From an uncultured Spirochaetota bacterium (GTDB taxonomy: Bacteria; Spirochaetota; Spirochaetia; SZUA-6; Fen-1364): a DNA stretch of 64,000 nt. Where the stretch lies: assembly GCA_963734545.1 (NCBI GenBank), contig CAVTHO010000004.1, forward strand, positions 608,001 through 672,000, given 5' to 3'. The first letter of the stretch is position 1; each line of letters begins with the position of its first letter. Of the stretch, positions 39,596-51,362 are shown piece after piece. Made by a program: the position numbers and the translations under genes. The notes beneath the pieces were generated by a model. The model was not told the origin of the DNA, ran no database searches, and saw only the letters and a list, made by a program, of their open reading frames with translations.

Positions 39596-40665
39596 TTCTG
39601 CCCCTTCTCGAAATCAGAGGCCAGGCGGGAAAGCATCTCATCCCGCCTTTCGTACAGGCGGCGCAGGGGACGCGGTTTTCTCTTTGTCAGGGCGTACGCG
39701 GCCATGATGGGAAGCGCAATGGTCGAATCCGTGTAGCAGACAACAGTGTCGGGAAGCTGCTCCGGGTCGACCTTTCCCCATGTGACGGCCTCCTGCGAGG
39801 TGGCACCGGAGAGGCCTCCCGTGTCCACACGCGCGTCGGTGACCTGGATGAAGAAATCGTGCCCTTTCTCCGCCAGCTTGTAGATCTCCTGGATCTGCGG
39901 CTCGGTTTGAAGCGCGAAGTTCTTCGGGCTCCCGCCACCCAGGATGAGCACGCCGCTCTTTCCCCCGGACCGCTTTGCATCGTATACGATGGCCGCCGTT
40001 TCATTGACGTCCAGCTCCGGATCGAAGCCGACCTCGAACCCCTGCAGGCGCAGCGAGGCAAGGCCCATGCCGAGGCTCGAGTCCCCCGGGCTGGAGGTGT
40101 AGATCGGCACGCCCGCCTCGTACGCTGCGCCCAGCAGCGAGCGGTATGAGGTTTTGAGGAGCTTCTCGCGCTCCCGCACGTACCGGCCCAGCCGCCAGTG
40201 AAGCTCGGCCGTGGACATGCGCTTCTGGAACTCTTTGGATTTCAATACCTCGGAAACGAAATCATCCGTCTTGAAGAGAACGTCGGCGTCGAACACGATG
40301 TCGTAAATGCGGATGATCCCGTCGCGGCGCAGCGCCACGTCGTCCACCTGGGGGGGTATCCCGTACAGGGAAAAGCCCAGCGAACGGTGCATGTCGTGAT
40401 AGACATTGGCGCCGGTGGACACGATCCAGTCCACGAATCCCGCTTCCACGAGCGGAACGAACGCGGCGTACCCGAGACCGGTGGGGGTGAGAGCGCCGCT
40501 GATGGTAAGACCAACGGTCACGTCCGGCCCGAGCATCTTGTCCGCATAGATATGACAGGCTTCGCGCAGGCGCCCGGCGTTGTAGGAGAGGAAAAAATCG
40601 TCCACAAGGGAGTCGACCCCGATGCCGCCCGTGATGGGCGCGGGGTCGAGCCTGCGCCCCCTCAT
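39592..40665 (-). CDS. Deoxyhypusine synthase-like protein (bacterial homospermidine synthase type)
   Basis: Motifs SGALTPTG, STGAN, GGGSPKNF, GGLSGAT..EAVTWGK with the catalytic Lys. Confidence 0.9.
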   Translation of the reverse strand: MRGRRLDPAPITGGIGVDSLVDDFFLSYNAGRLREACHIYADKMLGPDVTVGLTISGALTPTGLGYAAFVPLVEAGFVDWIVSTGANVYHDMHRSLGFSLYGIPPQVDDVALRRDGIIRIYDIVFDADVLFKTDDFVSEVLKSKEFQKRMSTAELHWRLGRYVREREKLLKTSYRSLLGAAYEAGVPIYTSSPGDSSLGMGLASLRLQGFEVGFDPELDVNETAAIVYDAKRSGGKSGVLILGGGSPKNFALQTEPQIQEIYKLAEKGHDFFIQVTDARVDTGGLSGATSQEAVTWGKVDPEQLPDTVVCYTDSTIALPIMAAYALTKRKPRPLRRLYERRDEMLSRLASDFEKGQK

Positions 40666-41209
40666 TACAGGAGGACCGCGGCCGAAACGACCGTCGTCCA
40701 GACGCCTCCCGAGGCCCCCTCCGCCGTCTGCGTGATGCTCGTGCTGTCGACGATATGACCGCCCATCCGGTACTGCTCGCGGCGCTCATTGTAGTCCTTG
40801 TCCAGGTCGAACGGCACGCCGAGCAGGGTGGCGAGCATCGAGGCGGCAAGATCCTCCGCGTAGTCCCCCGCTTCCTTCTCCGTCTGCCCGTAGACGTGGT
40901 GCTCGGAAAGATAGCCGTACATCTTCTGGTCGGCCGGGATCGCGATCCCTATGGAAGCGGCGATCCGCCGCCCCGGCTCATCTGTCGCCATCTCCGCGAG
41001 GACCACGAACGTCACCTCGCCCGCCTCCAGCGCGGCGAGTCCTTCTTCCGGGCTGGCGATCTTGCAGCCGGGGGAAAGATCGACGAGACCCGCACGATGT
41101 TGAGGTGCGCAATGCCGGCGTTGCGGAGGGCCATCTCGAAGCTGTTGAGTTTTTCCTTGTTGATCCCGACCCCGCGGGTCAGAAACAATTTCCGGGGAAC
41201 GAATCTCAC
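40665..41209 (-). CDS. pdaD: Pyruvoyl-dependent arginine decarboxylase; frameshift near 41072
   Basis: [24 protein letters not shown] with the Ser-Ser cleavage site in one frame; [17 protein letters not shown] in the next frame. Confidence 0.88.
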
Positions 41210-41236
41210 CTATTTGTTCTCCTCTCGAGCACGCTG

Positions 41237-41265
41237 ACGATAGGGCGGAAGCCCGGTTAAGTCAA
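41237..41265 (-). promoter_or_regulatory. sigma70-type promoter of the pdaD operon
   Basis: TTGACT-N17-TATCGT, then GAGGAG RBS. Confidence 0.5.
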
Positions 41266-41500
41266 GGCGGTCACCGTACTCGGTGACATTCATTGCGGTC
41301 ACGGTACCGCGTTCGCGCGGAACGCGTACGGCCTTCGGGGCCGAGCGCGTACTCGCGCACTCGCGTACGCCGTGACATTCATTGCGCCGGCCGCCGTTCA
41401 TGTCGTCACGAATGCCACGGCCTGCCGTGGCCGCGGTGCGCCGCGGCATTCATGCCTGCGCTTGCATTCACTCCGGCATTCCACGATACTTTTTATTGGT

Positions 41501-42352
41501 ATGAGCGTCACACCGCTCAAGGCGAGCATCCGTCCCCCAATCGTCGACGGCCTCTTCTATCCGGCAAAGCGCGACGCGCTTTCCGCGATGATCGAAGATC
41601 TGGTCGGGCGCTCCTCCACGCCGGCAGGCGCAAGCCTGGCCGTGATCTCCCCGCATGCCGGCTACGAATACGCGGGGACCGTGATGGCAGCTGCGTTCCG
41701 GGCAATTTCCCTGCGTCCCGTGCGCACGGCGGTTCTCATCGGACCCATCCACCGCGATCCCGAGCACGGAATCTACCTGCCTGAATCGGATGCATTCAGC
41801 ACGCCGTTCGGGGAAATCCCCGTGGACGCCGCGGCGGCGGCCGCGCTCTGCGCCTGTGACCCGGTTTTCCGCAGGCGCGATCTCCCTCACCTGGAAGAGC
41901 ATTGCCTGGAAGTGCAGATCCCCTTCCTCGCGCACCAGTTCCCCGGTCTCTCCATCGTGCCCCTGCTCGTGGGCAGCAGCGACGCGGCAACCGTGTCCGC
42001 CCTCTCCCGGGGCCTTCGATTGACCTTCGAGGAAGGCGCCCCCTATACTGTCTTTATCGTGTCCGCCAACATGGCATCTTACATGACGGGGAAAGACCCC
42101 GAAGCGGAGGCGGCGGCCCTGGAAGGTCTGCTCACCGGCTGCAATTGGAAGGGTGTGCTCGAAGCCGCGGAGAAGCGGCGGATCAGCACGTGCGGCGCCG
42201 CGGGAATCGCGGCCCTGCTCGCCCTTGCCGGAGATGGATGCCGCGTGCAGATCCTCGCCCGGTCCAGCTCGCGCGGCGTGGACGACGATCCTTCCCGGAT
42301 CGTGCACTACGCGGCGGTGAGCATCGACCGGGGTGACCGCCCGGAGGGATGA
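41501..42352 (+). CDS. amrB: AmmeMemoRadiSam system protein B (MEMO1 family)
   Basis: Motifs GLFYP, PHAGYEYAG, EHCLEVQIPFL, CG, VHYA. Confidence 0.88.
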   Translation: MSVTPLKASIRPPIVDGLFYPAKRDALSAMIEDLVGRSSTPAGASLAVISPHAGYEYAGTVMAAAFRAISLRPVRTAVLIGPIHRDPEHGIYLPESDAFSTPFGEIPVDAAAAAALCACDPVFRRRDLPHLEEHCLEVQIPFLAHQFPGLSIVPLLVGSSDAATVSALSRGLRLTFEEGAPYTVFIVSANMASYMTGKDPEAEAAALEGLLTGCNWKGVLEAAEKRRISTCGAAGIAALLALAGDGCRVQILARSSSRGVDDDPSRIVHYAAVSIDRGDRPEG

Positions 42353-42900
42353 GCTCCACGCTCACGGAACAGGACGGGCACGTTCTCCTGCAGACCGCGC
42401 GCGAAGCCATCGGCGCCCGTCTCGCAATGCGCAGCCCGCGATACCCCCCTCCTTCCGCAGCCCTGTCGGCGCGCTGCGGCGCGTTCGTCACCCTGAAAGT
42501 GGACGGTCAGCTGCGCGGGTGCATCGGGCACATCACCGGCTCCCGGGCCCTCGTGGAGACAATCAAGGAAGTGGCGCTGTCGAGCGCATTCGAGGATCCC
42601 CGCTTCTCTCCGCTGCGCGCGGAGGAGTGGAACCGGGTGCACATCGAGATTTCCGTGCTCTCTCCCTTCGAGCCGATCACTGATGTGAACCGCATCGAGG
42701 TGGGTACGCACGGCATCATGATCCGCCAGGGCGGTCATTCGGGGCTTCTCCTGCCCCAGGTTGCGGCCGACCAGGGCTGGGACAGAGACGCGTTCCTCGC
42801 TCACACCTGCCTGAAGGCGGGGCTGCCGAGGGATGCGTGGAGCTGGCCCCACACGCGAATCGAGATCTTCAGCGCGCAGGTGTTCTCGGAGAAAGAGTAG
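42349..42900 (+). CDS. amrA: AmmeMemoRadiSam system protein A (AMMECR1)
   Basis: Motifs GAFVTL, LRGCIG, DPRF, LLPQV, KAGL. Confidence 0.93.
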   Translation: MSSTLTEQDGHVLLQTAREAIGARLAMRSPRYPPPSAALSARCGAFVTLKVDGQLRGCIGHITGSRALVETIKEVALSSAFEDPRFSPLRAEEWNRVHIEISVLSPFEPITDVNRIEVGTHGIMIRQGGHSGLLLPQVAADQGWDRDAFLAHTCLKAGLPRDAWSWPHTRIEIFSAQVFSEKE

Positions 42901-42913
42901 AGGTTGTCCTCCC

Positions 42914-44335
42914 ATGGTGCAGGAGCTGATCGATCAGGGTGTGAAGCATCTCGCGGTCTCTGTAGGTGACACGGCAAAAGGCAGGGCCTTGACCCGTATC
43001 CTTGCGCTGAAAGCGTCTCCCGGGTGGCACGTGCGAGGCAGCGACGTACGCGAATGGCGTTTCGAGGGTCTGATGGAAAGGGACGGGGCGCCCCTGCTGT
43101 ACGGCCCCCCCGCTGCCGGTCAACCACTTGCGGCGGTCCTCGATCTCCCCCTGCGCTCCGCGCTGCCCTTTCTCTCCCGGCTCGCTCAGGCGCTCAGCCT
43201 GCTTTCCCGGAGGAGCATCCCCTGGTTCGCCCTGCAGACCGATTCGGTGCTGTTCGATGACGCGGACGGCGTGCTGTTCCTTCCCCCCGACGTCATGCGT
43301 GAAATCAGGGACCTCAACAGCTTCGCGCAGAGCCGGGACACCTTCGAGTCGATCAATCACCCGGATCTGAAGGGCGAAGCCCTCGCGTCTTTCTCGATCG
43401 CCGCGCTGCTCTACCGGGTCGGCACCGGCAGGTTCCCCTTCACGGGCCCGGACGCCGAGGAGATACACGAGCAGGTGCGCAAGCTCGAGATCGAAGCGCC
43501 CTCCGGCATCGTACCGGAGCTGGATCCGGAGCTCTCCGCGCTGGTCATGGCAGGGCTGGGAAGGGCACGTCGCGGATCCGTTCCCCTTGCGGAGTGGTCG
43601 GAGAGGCTGGACGCCTGGCAGAAGCGGGAGCTGTTCCGCGTTCTCACGGCTGAAGAAAAGCAGAAGGCACTGCGTGAAGCAGGTGCCCGGCAGCAGGCAT
43701 CGGGGAAAGGCTTTCGCAGGCGCATGTTCTGGGAGAAGAACTGGAAGCTCATCGCCGTCGTCGCCATCGCGATTGCCGTGGTTGCGGCCGGCGCCGGGGG
43801 CATCCTCAAGAACATACTCGCCCCCCGGATCACGCGGGGTTACACGCCGCAGAAGGTCGTGGAAACATTTTACGGCAGCATGAACTCCCTCGATCACCAG
43901 GCCATGCAGTCCTGCGTGATCGGGCGCGCGGGCCAGGGGGAAATCAACGAGGTCACCGTGCTCTATGTCACCTCACGGGTCACCCAGGGGTACGAGGGAA
44001 AATCGACGATCATCTCCGCGGAAGACTGGGACAGAAAGGGCCGGCCGAAGCTGGAGAGCCCTTCCTCGCTGTACGGCGTGACCGGACTCGCCGTCACGCG
44101 GGAACAGGGGGAGCCTGCTCCGGTGTTCAGGGTCCAGTATGACAAGTGGAACCCGTTGCGGCCGTCCGACACGGGAAGCGCATCTGCCCAGACGGCGCCG
44201 AAGTCCGAAGGGCACAGGGTTGTCGACCGGGCCTGGTTGAAACAGGACAAGGGCGATTGGGTGATCTACAGGATCGATCGTCTCCGGCAGGATCCCCTCC
44301 CGCCCCCGGAGCTCGCAACGGCACCCGCCCCCTAG
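42914..44335 (+). CDS. Hypothetical single-pass membrane protein with a kinase-C-lobe-like N-terminal region
   Basis: FSIAALLYRVGTGRFPF resembles kinase subdomain IX; TM helix LIAVVAIAIAVVAAG; extracytoplasmic C-domain. Confidence 0.65.
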   Translation: MVQELIDQGVKHLAVSVGDTAKGRALTRILALKASPGWHVRGSDVREWRFEGLMERDGAPLLYGPPAAGQPLAAVLDLPLRSALPFLSRLAQALSLLSRRSIPWFALQTDSVLFDDADGVLFLPPDVMREIRDLNSFAQSRDTFESINHPDLKGEALASFSIAALLYRVGTGRFPFTGPDAEEIHEQVRKLEIEAPSGIVPELDPELSALVMAGLGRARRGSVPLAEWSERLDAWQKRELFRVLTAEEKQKALREAGARQQASGKGFRRRMFWEKNWKLIAVVAIAIAVVAAGAGGILKNILAPRITRGYTPQKVVETFYGSMNSLDHQAMQSCVIGRAGQGEINEVTVLYVTSRVTQGYEGKSTIISAEDWDRKGRPKLESPSSLYGVTGLAVTREQGEPAPVFRVQYDKWNPLRPSDTGSASAQTAPKSEGHRVVDRAWLKQDKGDWVIYRIDRLRQDPLPPPELATAPAP

Positions 44336-44410
44336 CGCTTCCCCCGTGGCCGCGGGCTTCTGCCCGCTCCCCGACACCCGCCCTGCAGCGCGCTTCCCCC
44401 GTGGCCGCGG
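44335..44410. repeat. 21-bp perfect direct repeat, two copies
   Basis: gcgcttcccccgtggccgcgg at 44335-44355 and 44390-44410. Confidence 0.8.
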
Positions 44411-44433
44411 ATAGGGTATACTCTCCGCGGGCT

Positions 44434-45936
44434 ATGAAAAAACAGCTTGGGGATATCCTGCTCGAGAAAGGCTACATCAGCAGCGAGGACCTGACCACCG
44501 CCCTCACCTACCAGATGCGCAAGGTCCTCAGCGACGACATCAAGGACAACTGGGCCACGAGCTTCCTTCTCGAGGTTGCCCGGACCAAATACAATAATCG
44601 GGACGAGTTCTACCTCGGCAAGATCCTCACCGAGCTGAAGCTCCTGCCGGAGACGCGCATACAGGAGGCGCTGGAGATCCAGAAGGCTTCCCCTTCGGAC
44701 ACCCCGCACGGGAAGTTGGACGCTCTGAACCGCATCCTGGTGCGGATGAACGGCTCCTACAACCTCATCGACCTTTTGAGCCAGATCCTCGTCCTTGCCG
44801 CCCAGCTCGTGGAGGCTGAAAGCGCGAGCCTCATCATTCACGACCGCACCCGGGACATGCTGGTCATCCTCATGCCGATCGGACCGGGAGCCGAGGCGGT
44901 GCGTCATCTGGAGATTCCCAAGGACCAGGGCATCGTGGGCTGGGTGTACCAGAACTCCTGCTCCGTCATATGCAATGACGCGGCCAACGACGAACGCTTC
45001 TACCCCGCCATCGACGAGGCGAGCGGCTACACGAGCCGCCAGATTCTCTGCGTGCCTCTTACCGTCAAGGACAAGCGGCTCGGCGCGGTGGAAGCGATCA
45101 ACAAGATCCAGGTCCCCGGCGAGCCGCCGCAGGGCTTCTCTCCCGCGGACCAGCTCCTGCTGGAAATGTTCAGCGCGCAGGCGGCGGTGGCCATCGAGAA
45201 CGCCCGGCTCACCGTGGCCCTTTCCCGGCTGGAGGAAGACGTGGCCCTGCGCACCACGGAAATGCCCAAGGAGCACCGGGCGCGCGCCGCGGCCCTGATT
45301 GCGGAATCGTTCATGCAGAAAATGAAAAGGTCGCTGATTCCCCTGCAGGGGTACGCGGCCCGGCTGCACGAGATCTCCGCGGATCCGCGCGTGGAGAAAT
45401 ACCGCTCCTACATCGACCGGGAGATGGACAGGCTCATGACGCACGCGGAGGATGTCGCGCGCTTCCTGAAGGACGAGTTCGCGCCGAGCCGCAGGGCAGT
45501 GAGCCTCCGTGAGGTACTCAAAGAGCTGGAGTCCCGATTCTGGGTCGAATGCCGTACCGGCGGCATCTCCTTTGAGCTGGACATGAAGGAAGATCTGATC
45601 GTCAACGCGGACAAGGAGCTGCTGCTCAAGGCGCTCGAGGCCCTCTTTCTGAACAGCCGTGAGGCCATGCCCGAGGGCGGGAGCTTTACCGTGACCGCGA
45701 AAGGCACCCGCCCCCCCGGAGCGGAAATCACGGTGACGGATTCGGGCAAAGGCATCGACGACCTGGGCGTGGAGCAGATATTCGAGCCTTTCTTCACCAG
45801 CGGCAAGCGCTGTGCGGCAGGGCTGGGGCTTTCAATCGCGAAGAAAATAGTCGAGCTGCACGGCGGCGGCATTCACGCGGAAAACCGCGGCGACTCGCCG
45901 GGGGCCCGATTCACCATCACGCTCCCGTCCCTCTGA
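44434..45936 (+). CDS. MshEN-like + GAF + histidine kinase-like ATPase protein lacking the phospho-His
   Basis: QLGDILLEKGYISSEDLTTALTYQ and YLGKILTELKLLPETRIQEALEIQ; GAF (GIVGWV, DERF, ILCVPL, EAINK); HATPase (DSGKG, FEPFFT, GLGL). Confidence 0.82.
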   Translation: MKKQLGDILLEKGYISSEDLTTALTYQMRKVLSDDIKDNWATSFLLEVARTKYNNRDEFYLGKILTELKLLPETRIQEALEIQKASPSDTPHGKLDALNRILVRMNGSYNLIDLLSQILVLAAQLVEAESASLIIHDRTRDMLVILMPIGPGAEAVRHLEIPKDQGIVGWVYQNSCSVICNDAANDERFYPAIDEASGYTSRQILCVPLTVKDKRLGAVEAINKIQVPGEPPQGFSPADQLLLEMFSAQAAVAIENARLTVALSRLEEDVALRTTEMPKEHRARAAALIAESFMQKMKRSLIPLQGYAARLHEISADPRVEKYRSYIDREMDRLMTHAEDVARFLKDEFAPSRRAVSLREVLKELESRFWVECRTGGISFELDMKEDLIVNADKELLLKALEALFLNSREAMPEGGSFTVTAKGTRPPGAEITVTDSGKGIDDLGVEQIFEPFFTSGKRCAAGLGLSIAKKIVELHGGGIHAENRGDSPGARFTITLPSL

Positions 45937-46837
45937 GCAGGGCCTCGATCTCTCTTTCACCGGGCATGGACGGCTGGGCGCCGCGGCGGGTGGTGGAAAT
46001 GGCCGCGGCAGCAGATGCCCGGCGCAATGCCGTCCCCACCTCGAGGCTCCCTGCGAGAGAGGCGGCCAGAACGCCGCAGAAGCAATCCCCGGCACCCACC
46101 GTGTCCACCGCCTCAACCGGAAATGCATCCACCCGCTGGACACCCCGCTCCTGGATCAGGATGCTTCCCTCTCTTCCCAGCGTCACGATGACGGCACGCA
46201 CGCCGCGGGCAAAGAGAGTGCGCGCGGCCTGCTCGGGGTCGCCGTTCCTTCCCGTGAGAGCGGCGAGCTCGTTGCGATTGCAGATGAGCAGGTCCACGGC
46301 GCGCAGGGCCGTGTCGGCAGGAGGGCGGCTGAGGGTCGGCGCGAGATTCCAGAGAACGACATGCCCCGCGTCATGCGCCGTGAGGATGAGCGCCTCGGTG
46401 GCCTCCTGGGGAACCTCGTTCTGGAGAAGAGAGACCCACGTCTCCGCCCGCGGGGGACGGGGGAGCTCGATCCCTTCGGCGCTGAACATCGCGTTGGCCC
46501 CCGGCGCCACGGCGATTGTATTCTCTCCATCGCTGTCCACCGTGATCTGGGCAACTCCCGAGCTGACCCCGGGCAGGACCCGGACTCCCCGGGTAGAGAC
46601 CCCGGTCTCTTTCAGGCTTTTCAGCCTTTCCCTGCCGAACAGGTCGTCCCCCAGGCACCCGTAGAGCTCGACCGTTGCACCCGCTCGCGCGGCAGCAACG
46701 GCCTGGTTGGCGCCTTTACCCCCCGGAAAGGACGCCCACCCCTTTCCCGACACTGTTTCACCCGGCTGGGGAAGCTGCGTGACATAGACGACGAGGTCGG
46801 TGTTGATGCTTCCGAACACAAAGACCCTGCCACCCAT
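45917..46837 (-). CDS. rbsK: Ribokinase
   Basis: Motifs GSINTD, PGGKGANQAVAAAR, DTVGAGD. Confidence 0.92.
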   Translation of the reverse strand: MGGRVFVFGSINTDLVVYVTQLPQPGETVSGKGWASFPGGKGANQAVAAARAGATVELYGCLGDDLFGRERLKSLKETGVSTRGVRVLPGVSSGVAQITVDSDGENTIAVAPGANAMFSAEGIELPRPPRAETWVSLLQNEVPQEATEALILTAHDAGHVVLWNLAPTLSRPPADTALRAVDLLICNRNELAALTGRNGDPEQAARTLFARGVRAVIVTLGREGSILIQERGVQRVDAFPVEAVDTVGAGDCFCGVLAASLAGSLEVGTALRRASAAAAISTTRRGAQPSMPGEREIEALLRGTGA

Positions 46838-46941
46838 TGCAGGGGAATGGTACGCGCGGCCGGCAGTGTTGTAAAGGCGCGTGCGGCCGGGCGTGCTGCG
46901 CCATTGAAATGCCCACCCCCTTTTGCTATGATGCGCGCCAC

Positions 46942-49601
<2,660 letters not shown>

Positions 49602-49631
49602 GGCGGGGCGCGCGCCGCGCCGGGCGGCTCC

Positions 49632-50438
49632 ATGGCGGACCTGAGAGAAGGGCTCGACACTCTCTATCGGAAATACAACAAGCGCGCGTTCGTGCATCCG
49701 GATCCGCTCGAGCTCGTGTACCGCTACGATTCCCCCGCGGACCAGGAGATCGCCGGATTGATCGCGGCATGCCTTGCGTACGGCCGGGTGGCGCAGATCC
49801 TTGCCAGCGTCTCGAGCGTCCTGGAGGCAGTCGGCGGGGACGGCTCCCCGCGGTCCTTCCTCGAGAGGGCAACGGACCGGGAGCTGCGGCCGCTTCTTGG
49901 TGAGTTCAGGCACCGCTTCACCCCCGGCGCGGAAGTCGCCGCGCTGCTGCGGGGCGTGAAACGCGCTCTCGCGGAGCACGGGTCCCTCGAAGCGCTCTTT
50001 GTCGCGGGCATGGGCAGGAAGGACGAAACAATCCTTCCCGCGCTCACCGTTTTCGTCGATCGGCTGCGCGCGCTCGCCGGCGGCACGCAGGCGTGTCCCA
50101 GCCTGCTTTCATCCCCTGCGGACGGCAGCGCATGCAAGAGGCTGAACCTCTTTCTGCGGTGGATGGTGAGACGGGACAGCGTGGATCCGGGCCCCTGGCG
50201 GTCCGTGTCCCGGGCAAAGCTCGTCGTTCCCCTGGACACTCACCTGCACAGGATTGCGCGCCAGCTCCGGTTGACCAATCGGAAGCAGGCGGACTTGAAG
50301 ACAGCAGTCGAGATCACCGGGGGATTCGCGCGGTATAACCCCCGGGACCCGGTACGCTGGGACTTTTCCCTGACACGCCTCGGCATCAATCCGGCGTGCC
50401 GTGACGACGACGTCCTTTTCCTGCCGCAGGGCCCCTAG
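49632..50438 (+). CDS. TIGR02757 family protein (DUF2400)
   Basis: Motifs PDP, AYGRV, SACKRLNLFLRWMVR, D.G.W, PLDTH, DPVRWDF. Confidence 0.9.
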   Translation: MADLREGLDTLYRKYNKRAFVHPDPLELVYRYDSPADQEIAGLIAACLAYGRVAQILASVSSVLEAVGGDGSPRSFLERATDRELRPLLGEFRHRFTPGAEVAALLRGVKRALAEHGSLEALFVAGMGRKDETILPALTVFVDRLRALAGGTQACPSLLSSPADGSACKRLNLFLRWMVRRDSVDPGPWRSVSRAKLVVPLDTHLHRIARQLRLTNRKQADLKTAVEITGGFARYNPRDPVRWDFSLTRLGINPACRDDDVLFLPQGP

Positions 50439-51210
50439 GCGGCACCGGACGGCGTCCCGCAATCCAGTCCTGCAGCACCTGCTTGTGGTCGAAGGCGAAT
50501 GGGAGCCCCTCGATGTCCGCGGCGCGGACGACCCGCACGTCCGCCGCATCGTCACCGGCGCGCGGAACGCCCTCCGCCCGTGCGCTGAAGACCGTTGTGA
50601 CGGTGTGAAAGCGCGGGTCCCGCGACGGGTCGGAGTACGTGTGGAACTGAGCGAGGTCGATCAGCTCGAGCCCCGTCTCTTCGCGCGCTTCCCGGAGCAC
50701 GGCCTGCTCCAGGCTCTCCCCGTAGTCGACAAAGCCTCCGGGCAGCGCGAAACCCAGGGGCGGATTGCTCCTCTTCACCAGCACGATCCCTTCCTGCACC
50801 TCGATGATCGCGTCCACTGTTATGAAAGGCCCCCAGATCAGCACGTCCAGGAAGTGCTTCACGTACCCGTTCACCGTCTTCTGGAAGACCTCATAGTCTT
50901 TCTCCTCGGCGCAGCAGAAAGTGATCCGTGACGTGCGTATCGGGCCCGCGCGGGCGAAGCGGATAGCCTCCTGTGCCATGATTTTCCCCGCGGTGACGGC
51001 CGGCATGGCTCCTGTCCGCACCCCGAGCGCCGCGATCGCCACTGAGCCGACCCCGCGCACACGCGCCTCCATCAGGGCGCGCGCGCAGGCCGCGCGGACG
51101 GACTGTTCGTCAGGCTGAGCGCCCGCGGCCTCTTCGGTGATCGTAATCTCGGCGCGCACGCTCTCGGCTTCCGCGCGCACCACCTCTATCTCGACTCCCT
51201 TGATTTTCAC
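50386..51210 (-). CDS. NUDIX hydrolase with N-terminal degenerate macro-like domain
   Basis: Nudix box GGFVDYGESLEQAVLREAREETG, SRDPR, AFDH; N-terminal SVAIAALGVRTG. GTG start at 51210 after GGAGG. Confidence 0.82.
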   Translation of the reverse strand: MKIKGVEIEVVRAEAESVRAEITITEEAAGAQPDEQSVRAACARALMEARVRGVGSVAIAALGVRTGAMPAVTAGKIMAQEAIRFARAGPIRTSRITFCCAEEKDYEVFQKTVNGYVKHFLDVLIWGPFITVDAIIEVQEGIVLVKRSNPPLGFALPGGFVDYGESLEQAVLREAREETGLELIDLAQFHTYSDPSRDPRFHTVTTVFSARAEGVPRAGDDAADVRVVRAADIEGLPFAFDHKQVLQDWIAGRRPVPPRGPAAGKGRRRHGTPD

Positions 51211-51290
51211 GCCCGCCTCCTGCAGTCCGCGCCGCCGTATTCGGCGGGTTTCCAAGCAGGCACAGTGTAGCGTGGATTGTGGACTCTGGG

Positions 51291-51338
51291 CCACCACGTA
51301 TTGTGGGCCGTGGCCCACCACGCATTGTGGGCCGTGGC
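51291..51338. repeat. 24-bp tandem repeat (two copies plus a degenerate one) between divergent genes
   Basis: ccaccacg(t/c)attgtgggccgtggc, twice. Confidence 0.8.
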
Positions 51339-51362
51339 CCGCCATGGTACCATCCAGCTTCC

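Noticed and set aside
44335-44410. Possible mini-CRISPR (repeat, 34-nt spacer, repeat)
   Set aside because: Only two 21-bp copies, no cas genes, no leader and no CRISPR-like repeat end.
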